The translations under genes and the position numbers were made by a program. A model generated the notes under the pieces. The model was not told the origin of the DNA and searched no databases. It was given only the letters and a program-made list of their open reading frames with translations. Shown in pieces: positions 41,025 through 50,546 of a DNA stretch of 64,000 bases; the first letter of the stretch is position 1, and each line of letters opens with the position of its first letter. Origin of the DNA: a plasmid; sequence record AP029160.1; one strand, 5' to 3'.

Positions 41025-41350
41025 GTTCTGTTGCAAAGATTTCAAAGTAACAAAGAACCTTGGAATTGATTTTCAAAACGACTATTCCAGACGCAATTAT
41101 CCAGCGAGGGAGCTAAATTGCTCCCAAATAGGCAAATGACTTTTAAATTTGAATTGCCCTTTTCTGAGCATATGATGGAGTTCAATACCTGTTAAAGTAG
41201 CTTTCGCCAATTTCAATGAGAAGAAACCAAACATAAGCTTCACTTTCTTTTTTATAAATCGATGGTCTTGTTCTACAAGATTATTTAGAGATTTATTTTG
41301 TCTTATTAAGATCTTATCTTCAGATTTAAGATCTTTGTTGATAACATTTA
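41025..41350 (-). mobile_element. Truncated, diverged IS6-family remnant (right terminal repeat plus 3' end of the transposase gene)
   Basis: GTTCTGTTGCAAAG terminal repeat at 41025. The reverse complement of 41085-41345 matches the 3' part of the IS6 copies at 54.6-61.1 kb (LAGIELHHMLRKGQFKFKSHLPIWEQF...), estimated 85-90% identity. Confidence 0.6.
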
Positions 41351-41428
41351 AAACTGCAAATACAAAAAATAAGTGAATTTAAATATTTTTTTATCATTAA
41401 TTTTTCATTTCGATTAAGATTCATAAGC

Positions 41429-42331
41429 TTATTTTACCGCACCACTATCAATCAATGAGTGTTCTTTATGAGCATTTAACATTTGTTCATCATCAATTTT
41501 TCTTTCTCTTGATTCTAAATTTTTATAAATATAATCATCTCCATTTGTCTTTTCAGTAAGATGAAAATGTTTTAGTTTTAGCTCTATGTTTTCACGTTTA
41601 AGGGCTTCTTCTTTTTTAATTGACTCTAATTTCTCTAATAAAACAGCTTTATCAATTTCAAGCTTTTGAATGCTAAGAGCATTTAGTTCTGCTTTTTTAA
41701 GCCTTTCTTCAAGTTCCATAATTTTTTTCTTAGCTTCAAATTCCCTCTCTTCATAAGCACTATTCAATTTATTTTTATCCTCAAGTTGCTTCTTTAAGAT
41801 TGCAAGATCGCTTAAAAGCTGATTCATTTTTGCTTCTTGATTTTCAATAATATCTCTTAAAGATAAAATTTCTTTTTCTTTTGCTTCAAGCTCAAATCTT
41901 TGCTTCTCTTTATTTTGCAATACAAGATCAGTAAATTTTGCTTCTAATTCTTGATTTTTGCGTTCAAATTCCTCTTGTAGTTTTCCTTCTAATCCCTTTT
42001 TATATTCTTCAAATTCCCCCCTCTCTCTATTGAGTTCTTGCAATTCTTTTTTAGCTTGTTCCTGCATTTCAAATGCAATCAAGAGTTGCGAGCGATTAAG
42101 CTGGTTCAATCGGTTTGTGAGAATATCCACTTCTGCCAATGCTTTTTTTTGCTCGCTTTCTTCAGGTAGTGTTTGCATTTTAAAGGCTTCAACAGCGGCT
42201 TTAAAATATTGTTGCGGTTTCATTCCAGAGCGGTTGATTTCATTTTGAAAAAATTCACGCTCCTCAATAGAACTACAACGAAATTGGATTCTTGGATCAA
42301 TTTTTGAGGTGTTTACTTCTTCTATTGTCAT
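41429..42331 (-). CDS. MobC-like protein (N-terminal ribbon-helix-helix) with a long coiled coil
   Basis: N-terminus RIQFRCSSIEEREFFQNEINRSGMKPQQYFKAAVEAF; the rest is E/K/L-rich heptads. Confidence 0.35.
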   Translation of the reverse strand: MTIEEVNTSKIDPRIQFRCSSIEEREFFQNEINRSGMKPQQYFKAAVEAFKMQTLPEESEQKKALAEVDILTNRLNQLNRSQLLIAFEMQEQAKKELQELNRERGEFEEYKKGLEGKLQEEFERKNQELEAKFTDLVLQNKEKQRFELEAKEKEILSLRDIIENQEAKMNQLLSDLAILKKQLEDKNKLNSAYEEREFEAKKKIMELEERLKKAELNALSIQKLEIDKAVLLEKLESIKKEEALKRENIELKLKHFHLTEKTNGDDYIYKNLESRERKIDDEQMLNAHKEHSLIDSGAVK

Positions 42332-42522
42332 TTAAATTTCCCTTTTCGATTGAATTATTTTTTTAAAGATAAATTCATTATTCCTATACTTATCAATACC
42401 TTCTATTTTAGCGAATTCAGTGTTTTTATTTATTGTGATTTGATTTTTTGGAATTTGGTCTGGAGCATCTCCCATGATTGTAGCTTCAGGAACATTATTT
42501 TTTTTATGTATAAAAGCACTTC

Positions 42523-42987
42523 TTAATTCATAATTTTTAAAAAAAAATCGACTCTAATACAATTATCAGAAATAATTTCATAAAAATGAAAACCACTTTT
42601 TATTTTAACATTATTAATTTTAATATCTTTTTCAAGAGCAACTATATTTTGATTTTTAAAAAAATTTAATTTTTGAATTTTATCACTTTTTTCAGGATTG
42701 AATATAGTATCCTGAACAGCATCAAAATTCATTATAAAGAGCGATTTTTGATCTTTTCCATGCTCTTTATTTTTTGAATATTCTTTAAAAAATGTATTTA
42801 ATCTTTTATCTAGTTTTTGTTTTATATAATATTTTTTTATTGTTGGACAAGCGAGAAATATAAGAGTACCAACGGTTCCTATTGCAGCAACCCATGTTCC
42901 TATTGCGGTTATAAAATACCATGCGGTATCCCAAGTCCATTTTGAATCAATAATATGTTTAAATTGACAAAAAATATAATCAAACAT
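42523..42987 (-). CDS. Small membrane protein
   Basis: Likely start MFDYIF at 42985-42987 behind an AGAGGAGA ribosome-binding site. The longer ORF-track version (to 43047) overlaps the integrase 3' end. Confidence 0.35.
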   Translation of the reverse strand: MFDYIFCQFKHIIDSKWTWDTAWYFITAIGTWVAAIGTVGTLIFLACPTIKKYYIKQKLDKRLNTFFKEYSKNKEHGKDQKSLFIMNFDAVQDTIFNPEKSDKIQKLNFFKNQNIVALEKDIKINNVKIKSGFHFYEIISDNCIRVDFFLKIMN

Positions 42988-44014
42988 TTTTATCTCCTCT
43001 TTCTTTTTGATATTTAACTTTTCTTGCTGCACTTTCTTTTTCTTCATCGGTTTTCCGGATGTACATCATGGTGGTCATCATACTTTTATGACCAAGGAGA
43101 TCTTGAATTTCAGACAAGGGAACCCCATTCCTGTGAAGATGACTTGCAACAGTGGCACGGCAGGAGTGCGGGCTAATTTCTTTTGTAATTCCATGCTCAC
43201 GCGCAATACTTGTCACCATGCGCGCAAGGTAATCCCGATTGATTGGTTTTTTTGAGAACGGTGTAAGAGCAAAGAGAAAATCCTCTTTTTTAGCAAGAGG
43301 TCTTAAAGTAACAATGTAGCTTTTAAGGAGTGCGGCTAATTCATCACTTATTAAGGGAGCATGAATTTCTCCGCCTTTGATTTTCAAATGCAGCCTAGGG
43401 TATTTTCCTGTCAGGTCCAGATCTTTAATTTTGAGGGAACACAATTCTGTTGCTCTCATCCCTACGTGTGAGAGCGTGCTAAAAACGATGAAGCGAAGCC
43501 ATGCCCGATAATCCTCTTTTACTTTAAGAGGGTTTGTTGCTTTCTTATAGGACTCTTCGAGCGACTCTAAAATGCGAGCAATCTCTGCTTCTGATAATGC
43601 CTCTGTTTTCCCTTTAGATTTCTGTACTTTAGGCAAGCGTATGGCAGCCCCAGCATTTCTATCCACCCATCCTTCTTGAAACGAAAATTTAAGGAAGGAC
43701 AAAAGCGGAGAAAGCTTTGCGCACACCGAAGACGGCGGGTATGTGGCCAAAAGATAGCGTTTGTACGCATCCACATGATCTCGTTGAATTTCAGCGAGGC
43801 TTGCAAACGCAACCCCTTTTTCTAAACAAAATGCAAAAAAATCCCTTAAATGACGGGCATAATTTTGTCGTGTGTTATCACTTACATAACTGCCTAAAAA
43901 TCGAGCTTGTTTTAAGGCGATTTCAGGGGGGGATTTTTCAAAGTTGGTACTAGGAGACCCCCCAATTGAAGTTGAAGGTTGCTCTATGGATTGGCAATAT
44001 TGAGTTTCAGGCAT
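42980..44014 (-). CDS. Tyrosine recombinase / integrase
   Basis: Catalytic region HSCRATVASHLHRNGVPLSEIQDLLGHKSMMTTMMYIRKT (R..H..R..Y). Confidence 0.85.
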   Translation of the reverse strand: MPETQYCQSIEQPSTSIGGSPSTNFEKSPPEIALKQARFLGSYVSDNTRQNYARHLRDFFAFCLEKGVAFASLAEIQRDHVDAYKRYLLATYPPSSVCAKLSPLLSFLKFSFQEGWVDRNAGAAIRLPKVQKSKGKTEALSEAEIARILESLEESYKKATNPLKVKEDYRAWLRFIVFSTLSHVGMRATELCSLKIKDLDLTGKYPRLHLKIKGGEIHAPLISDELAALLKSYIVTLRPLAKKEDFLFALTPFSKKPINRDYLARMVTSIAREHGITKEISPHSCRATVASHLHRNGVPLSEIQDLLGHKSMMTTMMYIRKTDEEKESAARKVKYQKERGDKNV

Positions 44015-44059
44015 CCGTACCCTCCTCTAAATGTGCTTTTTAAGTCAATTTAAAATTTT

Positions 44060-44170
44060 TTGTCACACTCATGTATACAAAGTAAATTTAAACTTGTCCA
44101 TGTATCCAAAGCGTCACCTTTTTGTATCCAAGATTTTAAATGTCACCATAAAGGATACAAAATCGCATAA
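44060..44170. promoter_or_regulatory. Repeated TGTATCCAA/TGTATACAA motifs (3 direct, 1 inverted) plus 2 x TGTCAC next to the int gene: candidate arm-type sites / attachment region
   Basis: CATGTATACAAAG at 44070, CATGTATCCAAAG at 44099, TTGTATCCAAG at 44122, and GGATACAAAATCG at 44153. Confidence 0.3.
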
Positions 44171-44338
44171 TATACATTATGCGACAAGTAAAACCAAATT
44201 TTCGCCAAAAAACCATAGGAAGATTTTATTTCAGACTTTTAAAAATAAGAATAAGATTGAATTATAAAGCTTTAAAGATGGTTTATGATTCATAACCACA
44301 ACGAGTAGCGAAATAAGAAGGTCTCTGTTAGGCTCCCC

Positions 44339-44956
44339 ATGATTTCTTTCAAAGGAGAGAAAATGGAAAACCCAAAATCACCGTTTGCAATTGCTCACTA
44401 TATTTATAGCGAAATAAACAAAGGTAAATCCAGCCATACTCTTGAAAGAGAGCTTAAACTTAGTAAATACTATATAAATAAACATATTTGGCTCTGCACA
44501 TGGCCAAAAGAACTTGTTGATTCCTGTTTATTCTATCCTGATATTTTTACACCTCGCATTTTATTTTCCACATTTGCTTCAAGACAAAAATATTATTCAA
44601 AAAATGAATTTGAATACCTTAGAACAGAAATTGAAAAATTAATTCAAAAAGGTGCTAAACATAAGCCCAGGAAAGCAGTCAATTACCCCAAAATGAGGGC
44701 AGGCGGTTCTCTTATAACACAAAGAGTTAGAAAAGAAAATCTTAAAAAAATTGAAAAAGAATTAGCTATAAAAAAGAAAATAAATGAAGAATTGAAATTG
44801 AATTTAGAAGAACTTTTGTATTATCAACAGCAATTTAAAGAACTTCTTGGATTTCATGTTGTAGTACAATATTCTAAATCAAAACAAGAGGGAGAAATCA
44901 GAATCAACTTTAAAAATGAAAAAGATTTAGATTATTTACTCAGTAAAATGAACTAA
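44339..44956 (+). CDS. Hypothetical protein
   Basis: 205 aa with a basic coiled-coil C-terminus. Confidence 0.3.
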   Translation: MISFKGEKMENPKSPFAIAHYIYSEINKGKSSHTLERELKLSKYYINKHIWLCTWPKELVDSCLFYPDIFTPRILFSTFASRQKYYSKNEFEYLRTEIEKLIQKGAKHKPRKAVNYPKMRAGGSLITQRVRKENLKKIEKELAIKKKINEELKLNLEELLYYQQQFKELLGFHVVVQYSKSKQEGEIRINFKNEKDLDYLLSKMN

Positions 44957-45014
44957 AAAATCAGGATAAAATTTGATGTATTTAAATACAAATGAAATTT
45001 ATAAGTAGAATCAT

Positions 45015-45650
45015 ATGCAAAATCAAGAAATATATCATTTCACACATAAAGATAATATTGTTTCTATTATTAAAAGTAATGGGATTTTTTCAACAAATAA
45101 TGGTAAAATAAATAAAATTGAATTTAAAGATGCTTCTTATCTTAATATTCAGGATCGAAGAAGTCGCGCTCTAGTCAATACAAAAATAAATGGTGTTTTA
45201 CATGATTATATACCTTTTTATTTTGCTCCTCGCTCTCCAATGTTATACGCCCACTATAAGAACAAAGTAACTTCTAAAATAAAACAGTCGGATTTGGTAT
45301 ACTTGGTATCTTCCATTGGTTCTGTGGTAAACGATAAATTAAATTATGCTTTTACTGACGGCCATGCTGCTCAAAACATATCTAGTTTTTTTGATGATTT
45401 AAAAGATCTCAATCAAATAGATTGGCCCCTGATGAAAGATAAAATGTGGAATAATACTTTGGAAGATACGGACAGGACAAGACGCAGGCAAGCTGAATTC
45501 CTGGTAAAAGATTTTTTTCCATTTCAATTAGTTCATAAAATTGGGGTCTTTGATGAAAGTAATAAAAAATACATTATATCCATTCTAAAAAATAATGATA
45601 AAGAAAATATGGTAAAACATGTTTTTATCGAACGTTATTGGTATTTTTAG
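45015..45650 (+). CDS. darT: DarT-like DNA ADP-ribosyltransferase toxin (DUF4433)
   Basis: YHFTHKDNIVSIIKSNGIF and HDYIPFYFAPRSPMLYAHY motifs. Confidence 0.75.
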   Translation: MQNQEIYHFTHKDNIVSIIKSNGIFSTNNGKINKIEFKDASYLNIQDRRSRALVNTKINGVLHDYIPFYFAPRSPMLYAHYKNKVTSKIKQSDLVYLVSSIGSVVNDKLNYAFTDGHAAQNISSFFDDLKDLNQIDWPLMKDKMWNNTLEDTDRTRRRQAEFLVKDFFPFQLVHKIGVFDESNKKYIISILKNNDKENMVKHVFIERYWYF

Positions 45651-45659
45651 GGGGCAAAG

Positions 45660-46694
45660 ATGATTGAAAATAAATATGAAGATCTACTTGATAGCCAAAC
45701 TGAAGCTCTTGTAAATACTGTCAATTGCGTTGGGGTTATGGGGAAAGGGATTGCATTGCAATTTAAAAAAGCATGGCCAGATAATTTTAAAGCATACGCA
45801 AGTGCTTGTAAAAAAGGTGAAATACGCCCTGGAAAAATGTTTGTTTTTGAAACTAAAAACAAACTTATTATAAATTTCCCAACTAAAGTTCATTGGAAAG
45901 AAAAGTCAAAAATTGATTTTATTATAGAAGGTCTTGAAGACCTTGTTAAAGTTATTGAAAAATATAAAATTAAATCTATCGCTCTTCCTCCTCTTGGTTG
46001 CGGAAATGGAGGGCTGAATTGGAAAGATGTTCAGCCACTCATTACTAAAGCATTTAAATCATTTCCTGATGTTCAAGTTTTTTTATACCCCCCCGCTGAA
46101 AATCGAGTTGTAAAAAAAGTTTCTCTCCAGAAAGAAAATTTAAAAATGACTCCAGGGAGAGCAGCCTTATTATCATTAATGCATTTTTATCGTGGCGGAG
46201 CTTACCCACTGACTAAAATTGAAATTCAAAAGCTCGCTTATTTTTTACAGAACGCAGGTGAACCCTTGCGTTTAAAATATGAAAAACTCCACTTTGGACC
46301 TTATGCTGAGAATTTAAATCATGCTCTTCAAAATATGGAAGGTCACTTCATTCTTGGATTTGGGGATAGACAACAGCGTTCAGAGATTCGACCAGTAGCT
46401 CATGCTTTAGAAAAAGCTCATGAATTTCTTAGTGAGTATCCTGAAACTCGTGAAAGAATTCAAATTGTATCAAAATTAATTGAAGGATTTGAAGATTCAT
46501 TTGGTCTTGAACTTTTAGCAACAGTGCATTGGGTTCTGCAAAATGAACAAATATCACCTCAAACCATCGAAGAAACAACAAAACATATCCATCGTTGGAA
46601 TGAGCGCAAAAAATTAATTATAAAAGAATCACAAGTAGCTGTTGCTATGAAAAGATTAAGTGAACACAATTGGATCATTATTAATAAGAACTAA
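45660..46694 (+). CDS. darG: DarG-like macrodomain antitoxin
   Basis: N-terminal macro domain (EALVNTVNCVGVMGKGIALQFKKAWP). It starts 10 bp after darT. Confidence 0.75.
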   Translation: MIENKYEDLLDSQTEALVNTVNCVGVMGKGIALQFKKAWPDNFKAYASACKKGEIRPGKMFVFETKNKLIINFPTKVHWKEKSKIDFIIEGLEDLVKVIEKYKIKSIALPPLGCGNGGLNWKDVQPLITKAFKSFPDVQVFLYPPAENRVVKKVSLQKENLKMTPGRAALLSLMHFYRGGAYPLTKIEIQKLAYFLQNAGEPLRLKYEKLHFGPYAENLNHALQNMEGHFILGFGDRQQRSEIRPVAHALEKAHEFLSEYPETRERIQIVSKLIEGFEDSFGLELLATVHWVLQNEQISPQTIEETTKHIHRWNERKKLIIKESQVAVAMKRLSEHNWIIINKN

Positions 46695-46839
46695 AGTCTT
46701 ACACATATCATTTGACGTCATACGCAACAGCTCTTCAGAAATAGGTAGGCGGTAAGTAACTCTTCCAAATAGGGCGATATTGGTATTTAAATAATTATAA
46801 TTATTATTTAAACTAGAAAGTTTTTTTTTAATTCTGCCA

Positions 46840-46975
46840 TTACTCAATTTAAAATGTATTTATTGGCAGTTTAATTTTGGCATGAGTTATGGCAGAGAAC
46901 TATCCGCTAAAACAGATGCAAAAACACCTCGAAGTTAATTATGCCAAAAACCTTGGTTTACGGCAGAAAATTTAA
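46840..46975. repeat. Cluster of TTA(T/C)GGCAGA boxes (3-4 direct, 1 inverted)
   Basis: AATTCTGCCATTACTC (inverted) at 46846; TATTGGCAGTTTAATT at 46866; TTATGGCAGAGAACTA at 46885; TTATGCCAAAAACC (variant) at 46930; TTACGGCAGAAAATTT at 46950. Confidence 0.6.
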
Positions 46976-46986
46976 ATAGATAGATG

Positions 46987-47150
46987 TAACGGCGCGCATT
47001 CCTAGGAGCATGGGCGCGCACTTATCCGAAAATTTGGGCGCAAATTAATTGAAATTATCGTTTTGCTTCGGCGCACATTAAATGAAAACGAGAGAATCTC
47101 GGCGCACGCTATTTGAAATCGGGCGCAAGATAATTGAATCTATAATAATT
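46987..47150 (+). repeat. GC-rich ~165-bp repeat, copy C
   Basis: TGTAACGGCGCGC...GGGCGCAAGATAATTGAATC; ~88% identical to copy A. Confidence 0.8.
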
Positions 47151-47253
47151 CTCATTGAAGCCTAAAATAACTCAAAAATGTATCTCAAATAAATCATTTG
47201 AATTATAAAAATTATTAATTTAGAATATAAAAAAATAAAGAAGGATTAAAATT

Positions 47254-47991
47254 ATGTTATTTTTAAAAATATTAATTTTGTTTCTATTTAATATATATTT
47301 TTCATTGAATATTTATTCAAATGATTTTTTAAAGGGTGGATGTGAATCAGATTTTCCACCTTATAATTTTTATGCGAATAATAAGCTAGTAGGTATAGAC
47401 ACAGAAATTATTAGTTTAGTATTAAATAAAATGGGTGTTCATTTTACTGTCGAAACATATCCTTGGTCAAGGGTTATTATATTGCTTCAAAAACAGGAAT
47501 TAGATTTTGCATGGCAATTTATTGATACTCCAGAGAGAAGAATGGATTTTAGTTTAGCAGGACCAATAAGAAGTGGTGAAACTGTTTTTTTTGTACCTAA
47601 AGACTCTAAAATAAAATCTTGGAATCAATTATCTGATTTTAAAAACCTTGTTATAGGAACTACAAGAGGTTATAAATATACTAATGAGTTTGATAATAAT
47701 AAAGATTTAAAAAAAGAGGAATCTAATAACAATCAAACACTGGTTTTAAAAACTATTGGTAAAAGAGTTGATTTATCTATTGGAGATAAAAACACCATCC
47801 TTTATATATTAAAAACAACAAATAATTTAAATAAAATCAGATTTTTAGAAAAACCATTAAAAATCGTACCAAGATTTGTTGGATTTTCTAAAAATCACTT
47901 TAAATTGTCTAAAAAATTCCAATTAACTTTAGAGAAGGTTATTAACAAAAAAGAATATAATGATATAATAAATAAATATATCAATGATTAA
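47254..47991 (+). CDS. Family-3 solute-binding protein (polar amino-acid ABC transporter SBP-like)
   Basis: Signal peptide and the YPWSRV motif. Confidence 0.55.
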   Translation: MLFLKILILFLFNIYFSLNIYSNDFLKGGCESDFPPYNFYANNKLVGIDTEIISLVLNKMGVHFTVETYPWSRVIILLQKQELDFAWQFIDTPERRMDFSLAGPIRSGETVFFVPKDSKIKSWNQLSDFKNLVIGTTRGYKYTNEFDNNKDLKKEESNNNQTLVLKTIGKRVDLSIGDKNTILYILKTTNNLNKIRFLEKPLKIVPRFVGFSKNHFKLSKKFQLTLEKVINKKEYNDIINKYIND

Positions 47992-48755
47992 TTACAATAT
48001 TTAATTAATTTATTTCCTATTATTTTATTGTAAACACCATTTTTTCTTATTTTTTGCAATGAATTATTGAATTTTTTAAGAATTATTTTTGAATTTTTAA
48101 ACTGTTTAGAAAATATAAGTCCATTATTATTTTTCTCTTCAAAGTCATTTATTAAGGATTTAAAATTTAAAATCTCTTTATTAAAATTTTCTTTTATGGA
48201 ATTTTCAAATACAAGTTCTTCTGCAATAGCTATATCAATTCGACCGGATTTTAATTTCCATAATAAACTATTATTATCATTTGATTCTTCAAAATTTATA
48301 TTATTTCTTTCAAGTGCATTTTTATAAGAAGCGCCTCTTAAAAAGCCAATAGTATATTTATTTAAATCAGAAATTTTATCAAATTTAAAATCTTTTCCAT
48401 TATTACTTTTTTTATAATAGAATAATTTACTTCTTCCACAAAAAATAGCTTCTGATAAAAAATATTTCTTTCGTCTTCCTGTGTTAAATCGATATGGAAA
48501 GGCAGCAAAAACAGTTCCAGACTCAACTAATTTTTCCGCTCTTACCCAAGGGTAAAAGTCAATTTTACAATCTATATCAGCCTCTTTACAAACTGCCATA
48601 ATTATCTCTGAATAAAATCCAAAATTATTTAACTTTTCTGAGACATAAGGAGGATATTCTCCAGTTACAAATGTAATAATCTCTTTAGAATAGACATTAA
48701 AATTAAATAATAAGACATTTGAAAATATTGCGATATAAATTATATGATTCTTCAT
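47988..48755 (-). CDS. Family-3 solute-binding protein paralog (convergent)
   Basis: Signal peptide and the YPWVRAEKLVESG motif. Confidence 0.5.
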   Translation of the reverse strand: MKNHIIYIAIFSNVLLFNFNVYSKEIITFVTGEYPPYVSEKLNNFGFYSEIIMAVCKEADIDCKIDFYPWVRAEKLVESGTVFAAFPYRFNTGRRKKYFLSEAIFCGRSKLFYYKKSNNGKDFKFDKISDLNKYTIGFLRGASYKNALERNNINFEESNDNNSLLWKLKSGRIDIAIAEELVFENSIKENFNKEILNFKSLINDFEEKNNNGLIFSKQFKNSKIILKKFNNSLQKIRKNGVYNKIIGNKLIKYCN

Positions 48756-48789
48756 TTATATATCCTATATTTGAATTTAATATTGATTT

Positions 48790-49749
48790 CTAACTTATTC
48801 CTAATTTAAGAATTTCTTGATTGAATTCTTGAGCCTTAGAACCGACTAATTGACCTTTTAAAAACAATCTTAGCTCATTATTTTTTGAATTTAACAAATC
48901 GCATAAATATCTATTTGTGTATCCATTTCTAGCTAATTTTGCATCAAGGCCATTTATTTCAGGAACAAGAACAGACTGAACAATTTCTTTCGTAACAGGT
49001 TTAACACCTATCATGTATGCTTTTTGTAAAGAACTGCTCAAATACTTTATCACTTGTAATGGAGTTAAAAGACTTTCACCAGGTAATTCTATTGCATCTT
49101 GATTTAATATATCTTTTGGTTTGATATTTTCTGATACGGCTTGTTTTATTATCCATTCGCAATATTTCGCCTTGTTTTCAAGAACACTAAACATATGACT
49201 TCTTGCACCAATTTCTTCATTTTTGGGATGATTTAGTTCGTTGCTAAGCTTTGGTTGGCCTACAAGAATAAATGTAATTTTCCCTTCAGTATCTTTATCT
49301 AACTCTCGAATCTTTTTAAGTCCAATGAAGGTTTGTGTATTTAATTCATGTGCATCATCAATGAGTAAAACAAGATTTTTTTTGTGTTTGTTTAACAGCT
49401 CAATAAGCTTTCTTTCTTTTTTTTCAGCTTTCATGTAACTACCTATATTTTTTTCTTTTACAAGATCTGAAAAAAATGCGCTAAAAATAAGAGGAATTGA
49501 AACTGCTTGTTTTTCTGTGGAAAGAGAGCGACAAACAATTATATTCTTTTCTTCTTGTAATTTTTTTAAGGTTTTATCAAGCAAAGTCGTTTTACCAGAA
49601 CATGATAAGCCTGTAACAACAACAATTCCTCCTAATCTTATACTAAAATGTAAGTCATCCATTAGTTTTTTAGATTTTTCATTTTCAAAATAAGGGACAT
49701 CTGAAAATCTTTTTAATATTCCAAAGTGATTCATCACATCAACTTCCAT
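48790..49749 (-). CDS. TniB/ExeA-like AAA+ ATPase (transposition helper)
   Basis: N-terminus MNHFGILKRFSDVPYF; Walker A VVTGLSCSGKTTLLDK; Walker B LVLLIDDAHEL. Confidence 0.55.
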   Translation of the reverse strand: MEVDVMNHFGILKRFSDVPYFENEKSKKLMDDLHFSIRLGGIVVVTGLSCSGKTTLLDKTLKKLQEEKNIIVCRSLSTEKQAVSIPLIFSAFFSDLVKEKNIGSYMKAEKKERKLIELLNKHKKNLVLLIDDAHELNTQTFIGLKKIRELDKDTEGKITFILVGQPKLSNELNHPKNEEIGARSHMFSVLENKAKYCEWIIKQAVSENIKPKDILNQDAIELPGESLLTPLQVIKYLSSSLQKAYMIGVKPVTKEIVQSVLVPEINGLDAKLARNGYTNRYLCDLLNSKNNELRLFLKGQLVGSKAQEFNQEILKLGIS

Positions 49750-49766
49750 ATTGACCTCATTTATAT

Positions 49767-50546
49767 TTAATCATTCACACATGTTCTGATTGTAAAAAAC
49801 ATTTTAATCTTTTCCATAAGGATCTTTTTACATAAAGATTCTGAAATAAATTGCTCTATTTGGTTTATTTGATTATCCAATAAAATTGAGAGAGGCTTTC
49901 CTAAATACATAGATATTGCTATTTTTGCATCTATTGGGTCTTTAAAAAATAATTCACTTTCATCATATTCTTTAAATGGAATAAATTTATCTACATTTTC
50001 TTCAATAAAACCTGTCTTCTTTATTACATCTATTATTTCTTTATCTTCACAATTCATTGTCATTATTGCTCTAGGAATTTTAATACTTTTTACTAAAGAA
50101 CTTATTTCTTCATCTTGTTTTTCATTTTTTGTTTTTTTAAATGAGCGATAAGTTCCTAATGGAATAGGATCTTCTGACTTATAAAAAGGACCAAATTTTT
50201 CACCATTAAATTCAGCATAAACTTCATAATCAAAAACTCCTACTAAAATTGTTACTATTTCTCCAGCCATTTCTGGTAATAATTGATATTGAATTCCATC
50301 TAATTTAATTCTTGCATCTGAGCTGACTTTTCTCTCAACTGGTTCACGCGCCATTTGACAAAATTTCTCCCAAGAACACATTTTGCTGTAACCTTTTTCA
50401 GGTAAGTTTAATTTGGGGTTATTTGCAAGAATCCCCGAGATTGTATACCAAAGCTGACTTATTATTGAAAATAGAGGATATCTTTGTTTTTGACGAGTAT
50501 AAAATCCAAGTACCTGCGTGAGAATCATAACGATGATGATTCTCAC
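49767..50546 (-). pseudogene. C-terminal fragment of a Mu/TniA-type DDE transposase (5' part displaced by the Tn3-family element)
   Basis: KVSSDARIKLDGIQYQLLPEMAGEIVTI... resembles the post-catalytic beta-barrel region of TniA/MuA. Upstream sequence is Tn3 tnpA. Confidence 0.4.

Noticed and set aside
50519-50543. Dyad GAGAATCAT-aacgatg-ATGATTCTC at the tnpA 3' end as a Tn3 terminal inverted repeat
   Set aside because: It does not resemble GGGG-initiated Tn3-family terminal repeats, and no partner was found beyond tnpR. More likely a local hairpin or terminator.
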